A stretch of 64,000 nucleotides of DNA from an uncultured Actinomycetes bacterium (GTDB lineage: Bacteria > Actinomycetota > Thermoleophilia > UBA2241), in assembly GCA_963709345.1 (NCBI GenBank), contig CAVPVX010000007.1, positions 64,001 to 128,000 on the forward strand, given 5' to 3'. The position numbers were made by a program, and so were the translations under genes. The notes beneath the pieces are model-generated. The model saw only the letters and a list, made by a program, of their open reading frames with translations, was not told the origin of the DNA and did not search any database. Each line of letters begins with the position of its first letter. Position 1 is the first letter of the stretch. Positions 31,814-41,613 of the stretch are shown piece after piece.

Positions 31814-32436
31814 TGCGCACCTCCCTCCGCCGGTGCGGCTGCCGCTTGCGCCGAGCCGCCCCAGAGATACGCGTTGAGCGCCAGGGACACCGTGAGCGGC
31901 GGAGACCCGCCCGTGGTCGACTCGGTGGTCGCGGCGGTCGCGTTCATCTGTGTCACCTGCAACAGGCGCCCGGTGACGCGGAAACTGGCGTTGCGGAAGG
32001 CCACGTACTGCTCCAGGCGATACAGGAAGTCCTCGACGTCGAAGAAGCGGCCCGTCACCTCCAGCGTCACCGCCTGGATGCCGAACGGGTTGCCCGCCTG
32101 CGTCTCACCGCGGGTGATGCTCGTGATCCCCACGCCGGACTCCTCCGCCGTCTTCGTCAGCTCGATGATCAGCCCGGGCATGCCCTCGCTTTCGGGCAGC
32201 ATCTTGCCGAGGCGGACGACCTCGGCGCGCGACTGCGGCGCGGTCTTCTTGTACGACTCGAGGCGCGCCTCCTCCTCGTTCGCCTGGCTGAGCGCGCTCT
32301 GGGCCGACTGCACCTGCTGATCGAGGTCGCTGACCTTCTGCCGCACGGGATTGAAGAGCAGGAAGTACCACGCGACGATGAGTACGACGGCGACGATGCC
32401 GGTGATGATGTAGATCTCCTTACCCCGGGCCTTCAT
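31810..32436 (-). CDS. pilO: Type IV pilus assembly protein PilO
   Basis: TM plus coiled coil, KMLP....MPGLI..L...AEESGV, VTG.FFD..DFL..L; follows pilN. Confidence 0.85.
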   Translation of the reverse strand: MKARGKEIYIITGIVAVVLIVAWYFLLFNPVRQKVSDLDQQVQSAQSALSQANEEEARLESYKKTAPQSRAEVVRLGKMLPESEGMPGLIIELTKTAEESGVGITSITRGETQAGNPFGIQAVTLEVTGRFFDVEDFLYRLEQYVAFRNASFRVTGRLLQVTQMNATAATTESTTGGSPPLTVSLALNAYLWGGSAQAAAAPAEGGAQ

Positions 32437-33110
32437 TGTCCGGCCTCCGTCTGCAGGGTCGTCTTGGGCGGCTGCTGCATGTACGGGCGCAACTGAGCGG
32501 TCACCGTGAACTGCTTGTAGGTGGCCGTCGGCGCCGTCGTCGCCGTGCCGGTCGCGGCGCCTGCCGCAGAGTCGGTCGACGAAATGAGCTGAATGCCCTT
32601 GAGTTGCGGGATGAGGCCGAGCCGCGTCATGAACTCGGCCACGTCGCGGTGCTTCTCGGTCACACCGGTGAAGGTGACGTCGACGGTCGGCGCTCCGGCC
32701 GGAGCGCCGGCCTCGGCGGTGGCCGCGCCAGGCAGCATCGCCGGCGGCACCGTAGCGGCCAGCGACTGCAGGCGCACGTTCTCGGGAATCACCAGGCTGA
32801 GCTGCTGCAGGATGATCGAGAACGGGACGCTCGTCTGGTGGATGGCCTTGGCGACGTCGGTCATGGACGTGCGCTGGTTCTGAAGCTCCATGTACGGCCG
32901 CAGTTCGGCGATCCTCGCCTGTACCGCCGCCGTCTGCGCGGTGATGCTGTCGAGCTCAGACTGCTTGGCGCCGGCGTCGCTGTTGTACTTGAAGTACACG
33001 GAACCCAGGACGACGACGACGAACACCAGGATCAGGATCGCGTAGATGAGGCCACGCTCTCGCGACGCCTTGATGCGGTCTTCCGGTGGCAGAAGGTTGA
33101 TGCGCTTCAT
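32433..33110 (-). CDS. pilN: Type IV pilus assembly protein PilN
   Basis: INLLP N-terminal motif, TM helix, IPENVRL. Confidence 0.9.
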   Translation of the reverse strand: MKRINLLPPEDRIKASRERGLIYAILILVFVVVVLGSVYFKYNSDAGAKQSELDSITAQTAAVQARIAELRPYMELQNQRTSMTDVAKAIHQTSVPFSIILQQLSLVIPENVRLQSLAATVPPAMLPGAATAEAGAPAGAPTVDVTFTGVTEKHRDVAEFMTRLGLIPQLKGIQLISSTDSAAGAATGTATTAPTATYKQFTVTAQLRPYMQQPPKTTLQTEAGQ

Positions 33111-33115
33111 CGTGC

Positions 33116-34219
33116 CTACCCCTCGTCGTCGATCGCCAGGCCGACCGCGATGGCCAGCCTGGGAGCGATGAGCTCGAGCTCCGCCTGCGGGATCTTCGAC
33201 TTGTTGTCGGCGATGAACTGAAGGGGGTTGCCCAGCGCCACGGGCAGATGCAGGGCGCTCCCCAGGTAGTCGGTCATGTTGCGCGTGAGTGCCCCCTCGC
33301 CGGTGACGAGGATGCGGGCGATCGGCGCGCTCTCCTGCAGAGAGTGGAAGTAGTCGACCGAGCGCCGGATCTCGTCGGCGAACGCCTCACAGCTCGCGTC
33401 CAGGACCTCGCGGACCTCGGACACGGTCACCGACTCGTAGTCTCCGGCGGCGGGGGCGCTGCCGCTCAGGCCGACGTTCAGGCGCAGCAGGTCGGCCTCC
33501 TGATGCTCGACGCCGCGATGGGTGATGAGCGACTGCACGAGCCCCTCGTACCCGAGATTGACGACGCGCGTGAAGAGCGGCACGCCGCCGGAAGCGACGA
33601 CGAGATTCGTGATGCCGGCGCCGATGTTGATCAGCGCGCTGGCTCCCTCCGCGTCGGGCGCGCCCTGGTCGACGAACGCCACCGGCGGCGCGACGGAACG
33701 CAGCAGCGCGAACGCCTGCAGGTCGATCCCGTCGGCCGTGAGACCCGCCTTCTTCGCCACATCCATGAACTGGGCGATCATGTCGCGCTGGGCGGCCACG
33801 ATGAGCACCTTCTGGCGGCCCGTACCTTCTTCGTCGCCGGGTGCGACAGAGAGAACCTGGAAGTCGAGGATCGCCTCGTCCAGCGGGATCGGGATCGACT
33901 CCTGAGCCTGGAACTCGATCGCCGACCGCAACTCCTTGGGATCGATGATCGGGAACTCCATCGTGCGCACGACGATCTTCTGGTTGGCGACGCCGAAGGA
34001 GAATCGCCGCCCGGCAAAACCGGCGGCCTTCCAGAACGTCTTGAGCTCCGCCGCCAAGCCGTCGACGTCGACGACCTCGCCCTCGAACATGAGGCCGTCG
34101 GGCAACGCACGCGCTGCGGCGGCCATCAGCGTGTGTCCCTGGCGACTGCTCTTGACCTGGGTACCGACCATGGAGGATTGCTCCACGTCGATGCCTACGC
34201 GCACCGCGTTCTTCGCCAT
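33116..34219 (-). CDS. pilM: Type IV pilus assembly protein PilM
   Basis: Actin-like fold: VGIDV, IPIPLDEAILDF, INIGAGITN, EIRRSVDYF, AIAVGLA. Confidence 0.92.
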   Translation of the reverse strand: MAKNAVRVGIDVEQSSMVGTQVKSSRQGHTLMAAAARALPDGLMFEGEVVDVDGLAAELKTFWKAAGFAGRRFSFGVANQKIVVRTMEFPIIDPKELRSAIEFQAQESIPIPLDEAILDFQVLSVAPGDEEGTGRQKVLIVAAQRDMIAQFMDVAKKAGLTADGIDLQAFALLRSVAPPVAFVDQGAPDAEGASALINIGAGITNLVVASGGVPLFTRVVNLGYEGLVQSLITHRGVEHQEADLLRLNVGLSGSAPAAGDYESVTVSEVREVLDASCEAFADEIRRSVDYFHSLQESAPIARILVTGEGALTRNMTDYLGSALHLPVALGNPLQFIADNKSKIPQAELELIAPRLAIAVGLAIDDEG

Positions 34220-34252
34220 GCTCGCCTCTCCGCTTGCCTTACCCTAGCGCCT

Positions 34253-34280
34253 GTGTCGGCAGCCTCGACGGATACCTTTA
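34253..34280 (-). promoter_or_regulatory. sigma28/WhiG-type promoter of pilM (TAAA-N16-GCCGACAC)
   Basis: Matches the FliA/SigD/WhiG consensus TAAA-N15-GCCGATAA; 33 nt upstream of the pilM ATG. Confidence 0.7.
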
Positions 34281-34402
34281 GGCGCTCACACATCCGAGCC
34301 GGCGCGATACCCCTGCCCCCCGGCCCCGGGACGCACACTCTCTCACATGGAAAGGGTGGCGTACAGAGCATTCGCGCCGCTGGCGCCTCATCCTTCATGC
34401 GA

Positions 34403-35563
34403 TCAGGATCCGACCTCGCGCAGCACCGGCGCGCAGGCGCCGGTCAGCGGGTTTGCCCGCCAGTCGGATGACACGACCACGTGCAGTGGCGCGTCCACCC
34501 TGAGACGCTCGCTGCACACGCTCCCTCGGACCCGCGCGGCACCGGCTACCACCAGCTCGCCGCACACCACGAGGGAGCCGGAGAGCGTCGTCTCGCCGGC
34601 GCCGTCACCCAGGATCGCGTCACCCTGCACGACCACGATCAGGCGCGCGGCGTCCGCCGGCCGGCTGCCGACGATGCGCACCTCGTCGAAGGGAGGCGTG
34701 ATGAGACACCATCCGTCCGCCTCTCCTGAGCCGCCTGCGGGCAGGTTCAGGCGATCGAGGCGCAGGGTCTCGCCGCTCAAAGCTGCTCCCATGGGCGCGG
34801 CGCGCTCGGCCGCAGCGGCCAGGAACGCGGCGGTCGGCCGCGCCACACAGGCCTCGCACCCCACGCCCGCGGTGTGCTCGTCGGTGTCGAACGGCCACTG
34901 GCGCTGCTCTGGGATCTCGTGGATCTCGACGCCGTGCCCGTAGATCCCGGCTACGGCGTGCACTGCGGCCTCCGGGTACAGCTCCCCGTGCACGAGGTCG
35001 GCCGGGACGCCGGCGGGCGTAGCCGGCCCGGCGCCCTGCGCGAAGCCGACGAGCTCACGACCGCGCAGGCTCCCCCCGACGTAGACGCCGCTGCCGGTGA
35101 CGACGAGCGGCGCGCTCACATCGGCGTCGCCGGCGCAGACCACCCCGGAGGCCCACGTCTCGGCGCGCAGTTCCAGCCCCGCCTCGACCACCCTTCTGGC
35201 CCGTCCGCTGCGCACCTCGACCCGAGCGCGCACTCGCGGCCAGACGTCACCGGCCACGGGCGGCGCGGGCGACCACTCCGCACTCCAGGACTCGGCGGAC
35301 GGCGATTCGCCGGCGGCCCCCCCAGGGCCACCGCCGGACGCCACGCCCGCCCTCGACGCCGGCGACCAGCGCAGTGCAGCGGCGACCTCGCCGAGCGCCT
35401 CGCCGGTCAGCGCGTCGGCGCGCCATGCCGCCGCATCGTTCGTCTCCACGGCGTGGACGGCGCCGACCGCGGCCACGACGACCAGAACGAAGGCGGCGGC
35501 CAGCACCATCACGACGAGCGCTGCCAGCATGGCGTATCCTTCCGAGCCCCGGGGCGAGATCAT
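34403..35563 (-). CDS. PilX-like minor pilin/adhesin
   Basis: G|YAMLAAL type III signal lacking E5 (PilX/GspK-like), beta-rich C-terminus; last gene of the minor pilin cassette. Confidence 0.6.
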   Translation of the reverse strand: MISPRGSEGYAMLAALVVMVLAAAFVLVVVAAVGAVHAVETNDAAAWRADALTGEALGEVAAALRWSPASRAGVASGGGPGGAAGESPSAESWSAEWSPAPPVAGDVWPRVRARVEVRSGRARRVVEAGLELRAETWASGVVCAGDADVSAPLVVTGSGVYVGGSLRGRELVGFAQGAGPATPAGVPADLVHGELYPEAAVHAVAGIYGHGVEIHEIPEQRQWPFDTDEHTAGVGCEACVARPTAAFLAAAAERAAPMGAALSGETLRLDRLNLPAGGSGEADGWCLITPPFDEVRIVGSRPADAARLIVVVQGDAILGDGAGETTLSGSLVVCGELVVAGAARVRGSVCSERLRVDAPLHVVVSSDWRANPLTGACAPVLREVGS

Positions 35564-36120
35564 CCCGGACCCACCATGACGTCCGTCCTGCAGTCGGCGG
35601 ACTGCCCGCCGACCTCCACCGTCAGGGCGAACGACACGAGCCGCACATCGCCCCAGTCGGCCGTCTGCATCTCGCGCCCGCCCAGCACGCGGCCGTCGGC
35701 AGTCTCGTAGGCGACCGAGAACACCGTGACCCCGTCGCTCAGGTACGTGCCGGGCGCGTTGCGCCACAGGACGCGCCGGGAGGGATTCCACGCGATCACC
35801 ACGACCTCGGCCGCCCTGTCGAGGCGATCGTGCCTCAGTTCGAGAGTGAGTGACGGATCTCGCCCTGAAGAGGGCCGCGCCACCGCGGTGGCGCGGCGCA
35901 CATCGCGGGCCACGGCCCGCGCGGCCGCGACCGCGGCCGTCCGCGCCTGGGCGTCGGCGTCCGTGCGCGCCGCGACCGCGGCGATGTTCCACAGCCACGC
36001 CCAGGCACTCGCAAGCACGACCGCCGCGATCGCCGTGGCCACAAGCAGTTCGATGAGCGTGACACCTCGCGATTCGCGGAGCGCCCGCCGTGACACCGCT
36101 GACCGGCGGCCGGAGATCAT
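35560..36120 (-). CDS. Minor pilin (PilW-like)
   Basis: Prepilin motif RG|VTLIELLVA. Confidence 0.75.
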   Translation of the reverse strand: MISGRRSAVSRRALRESRGVTLIELLVATAIAAVVLASAWAWLWNIAAVAARTDADAQARTAAVAAARAVARDVRRATAVARPSSGRDPSLTLELRHDRLDRAAEVVVIAWNPSRRVLWRNAPGTYLSDGVTVFSVAYETADGRVLGGREMQTADWGDVRLVSFALTVEVGGQSADCRTDVMVGPG

Positions 36121-36749
36121 GCGCCGCCTCCATCCGCACCGCCGGCCGTGTGCGCTGGAGGCAGCGACCCGACCCTGATGCAGCAGTCGCGCCGAACACC
36201 CTCGCGAGTGGCGCTCACCCGCAGCTCGAGGGCTCCGGCCGGCGGCGGCACAGCACACCACACCGCCCAGCCGATGACCGCGCCCGCTCCCAGGGGCTCC
36301 GCGCCGCCGGCAGCCAGGAACCGCGCCACCGTCGTCAACGTGACGCCATCGACTTCCCGAACGGTGACGAAGGACCCGGGGGGAGCCTCGCCCGCGCCCG
36401 GACCCGCCACGAACCGGGCGGACTCGGTGTTGTGCACCGTCGCGGCGTGTGGGAACACCGCGCCGACCGCATCGGACGCTTCACGCTCCCCGGGGTACTC
36501 GTCCTCGGTCATGGCCGGGTACGCCGGCGCGCAGTAGGGCAGCGCGCGAAACCTCTCGACCTCGCGGCTCAGGGCGCGGTCGACAGCCATGGTTCGACTC
36601 AGCCTCGAGCCGGCAGCCGAAGCGTTCACGACGGTCGCCGTCACCACGGTGACCGTGAGCAGCAGGAGGGCGGCCGCGACGACGACCTCGAACAGCGAGA
36701 ACGCAGACTCACGCAAGGCACGCGATGGGCGGCGCACCGTCACGGGCAC
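36117..36749 (-). CDS. Minor pilin (PilV-like)
   Basis: Prepilin motif SA|FSLFEVVVA. Confidence 0.7.
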   Translation of the reverse strand: MPVTVRRPSRALRESAFSLFEVVVAAALLLLTVTVVTATVVNASAAGSRLSRTMAVDRALSREVERFRALPYCAPAYPAMTEDEYPGEREASDAVGAVFPHAATVHNTESARFVAGPGAGEAPPGSFVTVREVDGVTLTTVARFLAAGGAEPLGAGAVIGWAVWCAVPPPAGALELRVSATREGVRRDCCIRVGSLPPAHTAGGADGGGA

Positions 36750-37177
36750 CGCACACAGCCGGACAGCTGGATCACGACGTCACGCGAGTGCATGCCGCCG
36801 CTCACGGTGAAGCGGCCGGCGCGAGGGCTCGACGAGCCCGGCACTCGCGCCCACCCCCACTCCGTGAACTCGAGGGTGTCGCCCGGGTAGTTGCTGGTGA
36901 CGGACGCGCAGAGACTACCGCTCACCGCGGTCGCCCCGTCCGAACCGGTCACGGTGTAGTCGCCGTCGGGCTCGACGGCGATGCGCACCGAGCCGGCACG
37001 CGCCTGCGCCTCGGCCTGCGCGGCGCGCAGCACCAGCGCAAGCTTGCGCGCGCCCTGCCCGCCGGCGACCGAAGCCCGCACCCGCGAGGCGCTCGGCACC
37101 GCGATCGCCGCAAGGACTGCGACCACGGCGAGGACGGTGAGCACCTCGAACAGCGTCGTACCGCCTTCACGCCGCAC
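36740..37177 (-). CDS. Minor pilin (FimT/FimU/GspH-like)
   Basis: GG|TTLFEVLTVLAVVAVLAAIAVPS, LR.AQAEA, F...G, C-terminal VVIQLSGCVR. Confidence 0.78.
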   Translation of the reverse strand: MRREGGTTLFEVLTVLAVVAVLAAIAVPSASRVRASVAGGQGARKLALVLRAAQAEAQARAGSVRIAVEPDGDYTVTGSDGATAVSGSLCASVTSNYPGDTLEFTEWGWARVPGSSSPRAGRFTVSGGMHSRDVVIQLSGCVRCP

Positions 37178-37204
37178 TGATCACCTCCGGGCCGTTGCCT
37201 GTGC

Positions 37205-37240
37205 GCCCCGCCGGCGGGACAAGGCCGCTGCCGGCGGGGC
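37205..37240. repeat. 11-bp perfect inverted repeat in the minor-pilin leader
   Basis: GCCCCGCCGGC-N14-GCCGGCGGGGC. Confidence 0.6.
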
Positions 37241-37276
37241 AGGTGCCACGCTACGCTGTGGGGAGCGCTTGGGGGA

Positions 37277-37304
37277 GGATGACGAACCGCCGGCTGGGAT
37301 GACG
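37277..37304 (-). promoter_or_regulatory. Tandem direct repeat CGTCATCC x2 (20-bp period), candidate regulator binding site
   Basis: Plus-strand GGATGACG at 37277 and 37297, upstream of a TAGCGT -10-like box. Confidence 0.45.
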
Positions 37305-37332
37305 TTGGCGAGATGCCGCCGAGCGCGGTGGG

Positions 37333-38106
37333 TCAGCGGCCGAGCGCCAGCCCGAGATAGGCGTCGATCAGCGCGTTGCCGGCGAAGAGGGCGACCACGG
37401 CCCCAGCAGCGAGGAACGGGCCGAAGGGGATCGCCGTCTTGCCGTCGCCCTTGCTCGCGGCGACCACCACGACACCGATGACGGCGCCGCTGAGGAAGCC
37501 GATGAAGAGCGCCGGCACGACCGCCGCGCCGAGGTAGATGCCCATGCACAGGGCGAGCTTGACGTCGCCGAACCCCATCCCCTCCAGGTGACGCACCCTG
37601 AAGTACACCTCGCTGATGAGGAAGAGGAAGGCGGCCGCCCCGAGGCCGGCGACCGGCCACTGCCACCACGCGCCGTCGCCGAGGACGATCATCAGCGGCA
37701 GGCCGACCGCGGCCACCGGCAGGATGACGATGTCGGGGATGATCCTGATCTCGAGGTCGACCTGGCTGATCAGCACCAGCGCCGAGACGAAGAGCAGGTG
37801 TGGGACGAGCAGCCACGAGAGACCATCCATGAGCGCGACACCCACGAAGAGCGCGGCCGTGAGAGCCTCTCCCGCGGGGTAGCGCCAGGAGATCGGCGCC
37901 CCGCAGTCCCGGCAGCGGCCGCGCAGCAGCAGCCAGCTCACGACCGGGATGTTGTCGTAGGCGCGGATCTGATGGCCGCAGTGCGGACAGTGCGAGCGGC
38001 CCTCCCGGATGCTCTCGTCGTGCGCCAGCCGGTACGCCCAGGCGTTGATGAAGCTGCCGATGATGAGGCCGTAGACGAGCGCGATGATGACGAGCAGCAC
38101 GGTCAT
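37333..38106 (-). CDS. pilD: Prepilin peptidase/N-methyltransferase PilD
   Basis: GSFIN, SHCPHC, DNIPVVSW...GRCRDC, D-containing IPD, GMGFGDVKL, IPFGPFL. Confidence 0.96.
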   Translation of the reverse strand: MTVLLVIIALVYGLIIGSFINAWAYRLAHDESIREGRSHCPHCGHQIRAYDNIPVVSWLLLRGRCRDCGAPISWRYPAGEALTAALFVGVALMDGLSWLLVPHLLFVSALVLISQVDLEIRIIPDIVILPVAAVGLPLMIVLGDGAWWQWPVAGLGAAAFLFLISEVYFRVRHLEGMGFGDVKLALCMGIYLGAAVVPALFIGFLSGAVIGVVVVAASKGDGKTAIPFGPFLAAGAVVALFAGNALIDAYLGLALGR

Positions 38107-38113
38107 GGCAGCC

Positions 38114-38554
38114 TCACGGCACGACGAAGTCGGCCTGGTCCTTGAGGAAGACCGTCAGACGATACGGCCGCGGCTGCGGGCCGGCCGTCTCCCGCGTGTA
38201 CGTGTAGTCGCCGAGCGAGCGCGCGGCGACCGTCCGCATGAGAGCCCCGTCGGAGAACGGGTTCTTCGGCCACTGGTCGGCATCCAGGTACATCGAGAGC
38301 GTGGCCGGGTCGCAGTGGCCGGGCCACGGGTCGTCGGCGTCCGACTCCGTCACGTAGCTGAGCAGCGCGATGGCGATGTGCCGGGCGCCGGAGCGCGCGG
38401 CCGCGTTCTTGGCACGCTCGCGCTGGCCCAGGTACATCGGGATCGCGATCGCTGCAAGGATGCCGATGATGACGATCACGAGAAGGACTTCGATCAGGCT
38501 GAAGCCGGCAGATGCTCCGCCCGGCCGGCCCCTTCGCACCCTGGCCATGCTCAT
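38114..38554 (-). CDS. Second type IV pilin (PilA paralog)
   Basis: G|[22 protein letters not shown]; shares WPxNPF and FVV motifs with pilA. Confidence 0.85.
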   Translation of the reverse strand: MSMARVRRGRPGGASAGFSLIEVLLVIVIIGILAAIAIPMYLGQRERAKNAAARSGARHIAIALLSYVTESDADDPWPGHCDPATLSMYLDADQWPKNPFSDGALMRTVAARSLGDYTYTRETAGPQPRPYRLTVFLKDQADFVVP

Positions 38555-39311
38555 CACTCGACGTAGTCCTTGAACAGCTCGGCGATGAGCGCGTCGAAGT
38601 CGGCCTTGGGCATGGTGTCGTAGAGCGGCGCCACGGCCTTCATGCGCGCCTCCTTCTCCTTCGGCAGGATGCGCTCCAGGCCGTCGACCGCCTTCTGGCG
38701 CGCGTACTTGTCGCCGGCGAGGTACGCCTGACCCCACATGAGGATCGCCTTCTCGTCGTCGCCGCCCTTGGAGAGCAGAGCGGCGGCGAGCCGCGGCAGG
38801 TACGCGGGACTGCCGGGGATCGCCGCCGCCTTCTCGTACCACTGCGCGGCCGCCAGATCGTTCTTGCTCCTTGCTGCCTGCGCCGTATTGATACGCGAAG
38901 AAGCCGAGATAGGCAGGGAAGCGCCACTCGTCCGGGTTCGCCTCTGAAGCCCCTCTCGAGCAGATTCGTACGCCGACGTCAGGGCGACCCGCGTCGACCA
39001 GCGCGAAGGCGCCAAAGCAGGTAGGCCCGCAGGAAGTGCGGACTGAGCGTCGTCACCAGGTCGACCATCTGCGGCAGGGAGTCGAGCTGTCCGTCACCCT
39101 CGAGGTGCTCGCCGTAGTACTGGACCATGCTCAGGTAGTAGACGTCGGCGATCGAGGTGCGAAAGCTGGGCGAGAAGTCCTCGAAGAACTGCGGCGACGG
39201 CACGAACACCCGCGGGTCGGCCGGCGCCCGGTCCGGCCGCGTCACCTGGTACGCGACGACCACGCCGGCGCAGGCCAGCACGACGAGCGTCGCGACCACG
39301 CGCCGCAGCAC
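38554..39311 (-). CDS. Membrane-anchored TPR-like protein (Myxococcus PilG/Geobacter XapA-like), broken by several indels
   Basis: Joining frames gives ...MVQYYG...LSPHFLRAY.FGAFAL...NPDEWRFPAYLGFF...AAQWYEKAAAIPGSPAYL; lies next to the ABC transporter genes. Confidence 0.65.
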
Positions 39312-39312
39312 G

Positions 39313-40078
39313 TCAGAACTCCTTGCGGCGGAACACGAGGGCGGCGAGCGCCAGCACTACGACGACGTAGGCGAACAGGTAGCCGCTCCACAGGGCGATC
39401 TCGCCCCACGCCAGCGTGTCCTCGCCGACCACTCCGGCCTTGACGTCCACGGCCGAGAAGTTCGGGATGATCACGTAGACGACCCACGAGAGCGCCTCGG
39501 TGACCACGTTCTTGCCGAGGCGCGTCAGCGCCAGCACGTTGTGGCTGAGCTGCCCGGCCACGAAGACGCAGATGCCGAGCACGCTGGCGAGGATCGCCGA
39601 GCCCATCGTCGAGAAGAAGATGGTCACCGCCATCACGGCCAGCAGTTGCACGTAGATCATGAGCACGGCGACGAGGAGCATGCCGGACGCGTCGCCGGCC
39701 ACCGCCCACACGAGCAGGAAGAGGAAGACGCCCATGCCCGCCAGCACCACGGCCATGGTCGCGCACAGGCCGAGGAACTTGCCGGTGATGAAGGCGCCGC
39801 GGCTCACCGGCTTGGAGAACAGCACGAACACGGTGCGCTTCTCGACCTCCTTGTGCACCAGCCCGGCGGCCACGAACACGGCGACGATGAGCCCGAAGAA
39901 GGTGACCGCGACGAGCCCGAAGTCCTTCATCATGCGCCCCTGCTCGCCGAGGCTGATGCTGCCGAGCCACAGCCCACCGACGATCATGATGAGCGCGAAG
40001 ACGACGATGACCGCCAGCACGCGGTCGCGGATCGTCTCCTTGAAGGTGTTGACGGCGATGGCGGCCGACCTGCTTCAC
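39313..40078 (-). CDS. ABC transporter permease (PilI-like), one +1 indel near the start
   Basis: AIAVNTFKETIRDRV, KEVEKRT....SKPVSR....GKFLG, multiple TM helices, VFRRKEF. Confidence 0.85.
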
Positions 40079-40859
40079 GCCGTCACCACCTTCATGAAGA
40101 AGTCCTCGAGCGTGGGCGCCTCCTCGAGCGCCTCATCCACGCTCCCGTGCCACACGACGCGCCCCTCGCGCATGATCGCGATCGTGCGAGCAGAGCTCGT
40201 GCACGTCGCTGAGGATGTGCGAGTTGAAGAGCACGGTCTTGCCGCGCTCGTGCAGGCTCTCGATGATGCGCTTGACCTCGACGCGCCCGACCGGGTCGAG
40301 CCCCGTCATGGGCTCGTCGAGCAGCACGAGCTCGGGGTCGTTGACGAGCGCCTGGGCGATGCCGATGCGCTGCAGCATGCCCTTGGAGTACTTGCGCAGA
40401 TGCGTATCCGCAGCCGCCTCGAGGCCCACGTCGGCGAGCAGGCCGTCCACCCGCTCCCGGCGCGCGCCCGCCTCGAGGCCGAAGAGCCGGCCGCAGAAGC
40501 CGAGGAACTCGCGCCCGGAGAGGTAGTCGTAGAAGTACGGGTTCTCGGGCAGGTAGCCGACGTGCGCGAGGCCCTCCGACGCCCAGATCCACCGTGCCCG
40601 ACGTGGGCCGCATCAGCCCGAGGGCGACCTTGACGGTGGTCGTCTTGCCGGCGCCGTTGGGCCCGAGGAGGCCGAACACGGCGCCGTGGTCCACCTGCAG
40701 ATCGACGCCCCTCAGGATCTCGACGGCGCGTCGCCGGAACCCCACGTGGACGGTCTTGCGCAGACCGCTGATCGAGCACGGCCGGACCTGACCCTGCGCG
40801 CCCGTCGCCGCGCCCGACTCGATCGCCTGACCGTCCTGCGTCGTCACTCTCGCAGCCAC
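40075..40859 (-). CDS. ABC transporter ATP-binding protein (PilH-like), two indels
   Basis: GPNGAGKTT; shifted frame [13 protein letters not shown]...YSKGMLQR...[10 protein letters not shown]...SHIL; final frame [12 protein letters not shown]. Confidence 0.85.
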
Positions 40860-41005
40860 CTCTCGCGTCCATCGTCACGTACGGCACTGCCCCGGGTCTG
40901 CCGCCGGAGCCGCCGGGCGCCGCAGCCTCTGGGCGCCCGGTGCGTCCGGATGTTCGCCACGGACCGCGCGCAGTCCTGCGCGTGGACTGCGGACGAAGGA
41001 ACGCA

Positions 41006-41036
41006 GAAGGGCGGGGCCTCGCGGCCCCGCCCCTTC
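41006..41036 (-). terminator. Intrinsic terminator downstream of pilA
   Basis: GGGCGGGGCC-GCGA-GGCCCCGCCC hairpin followed by TTCT. Confidence 0.7.
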
Positions 41037-41069
41037 ACACGCAGCTTCTTGCCTGCTAGCGATCAGGAC

Positions 41070-41458
41070 TCAGCGAACGACGAAGTTGCCCGCCGTCAGT
41101 CACCCCAAGGAGGGTGTAGTCAGTCCCAGCGGCAGACACGTACGTGAAGTTGCCCAGCGTACCCGCGTTCGCCATGGCGCCGCCGGTGAACGGGTTGTCC
41201 GGCCACGGGTCGAGCTCAGCGAGTGACCGCGGCGACCATGGCGGCCGTCAGTCGGATAGACGTCGTTGTTGTCGACGGCGAGCTCTGGACGCCGATCTGG
41301 ATGGCGTGGACGCCTTCCTTGACGCCGGCGTCCTTGGCCTTCTCACGCTGGTTGAGGAACATCGGGATCGCGATCGCGGCGAGGATGCCGATGATGATGA
41401 TCACGATCAGCAGCTCGATGAGGGTGAAACCCTTCTGGCTCTTGCGGAACCTCTTCAT
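41070..41458 (-). CDS. pilA: Major type IV pilin (3' half disrupted by indels in this assembly)
   Basis: [10 protein letters not shown]|[22 protein letters not shown]; other frames continue AVDNNDVYP...[11 protein letters not shown]...TLGNFTY...DYTLLG...NFVV; has its own promoter, leader and terminator. Confidence 0.85.
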
Positions 41459-41551
41459 GTCTTGGTCTCCTCTCGGTACGACTTCTCTGACGTTGACTCT
41501 GGCCTGGTGCTCCACCGCGGGGCCTGGTCCTCCTGCTCCCGCGGCGCCCCA

Positions 41552-41594
41552 CAAAAAGAGCCTGTGGGCTCCGGAACTCCGGGCACCACAGGCT
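41552..41594 (-). terminator. Riboswitch-controlled intrinsic terminator in the pilA leader
   Basis: AGCCTGTGG...CCACAGGCT stem followed by CTTTTTG. Confidence 0.8.
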
Positions 41595-41613
41595 GCGAGG
41601 TGTGAAACTCAGT

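Noticed and set aside
38114-41458. Electrically conductive (e-pilin) interpretation of the short pilins
   Set aside because: Pilin 2 has 12 aromatic residues in 129, but both pilins lack aromatics at positions 27 and 32, the PilA sequence is unreliable here, and no cytochromes are in the window.
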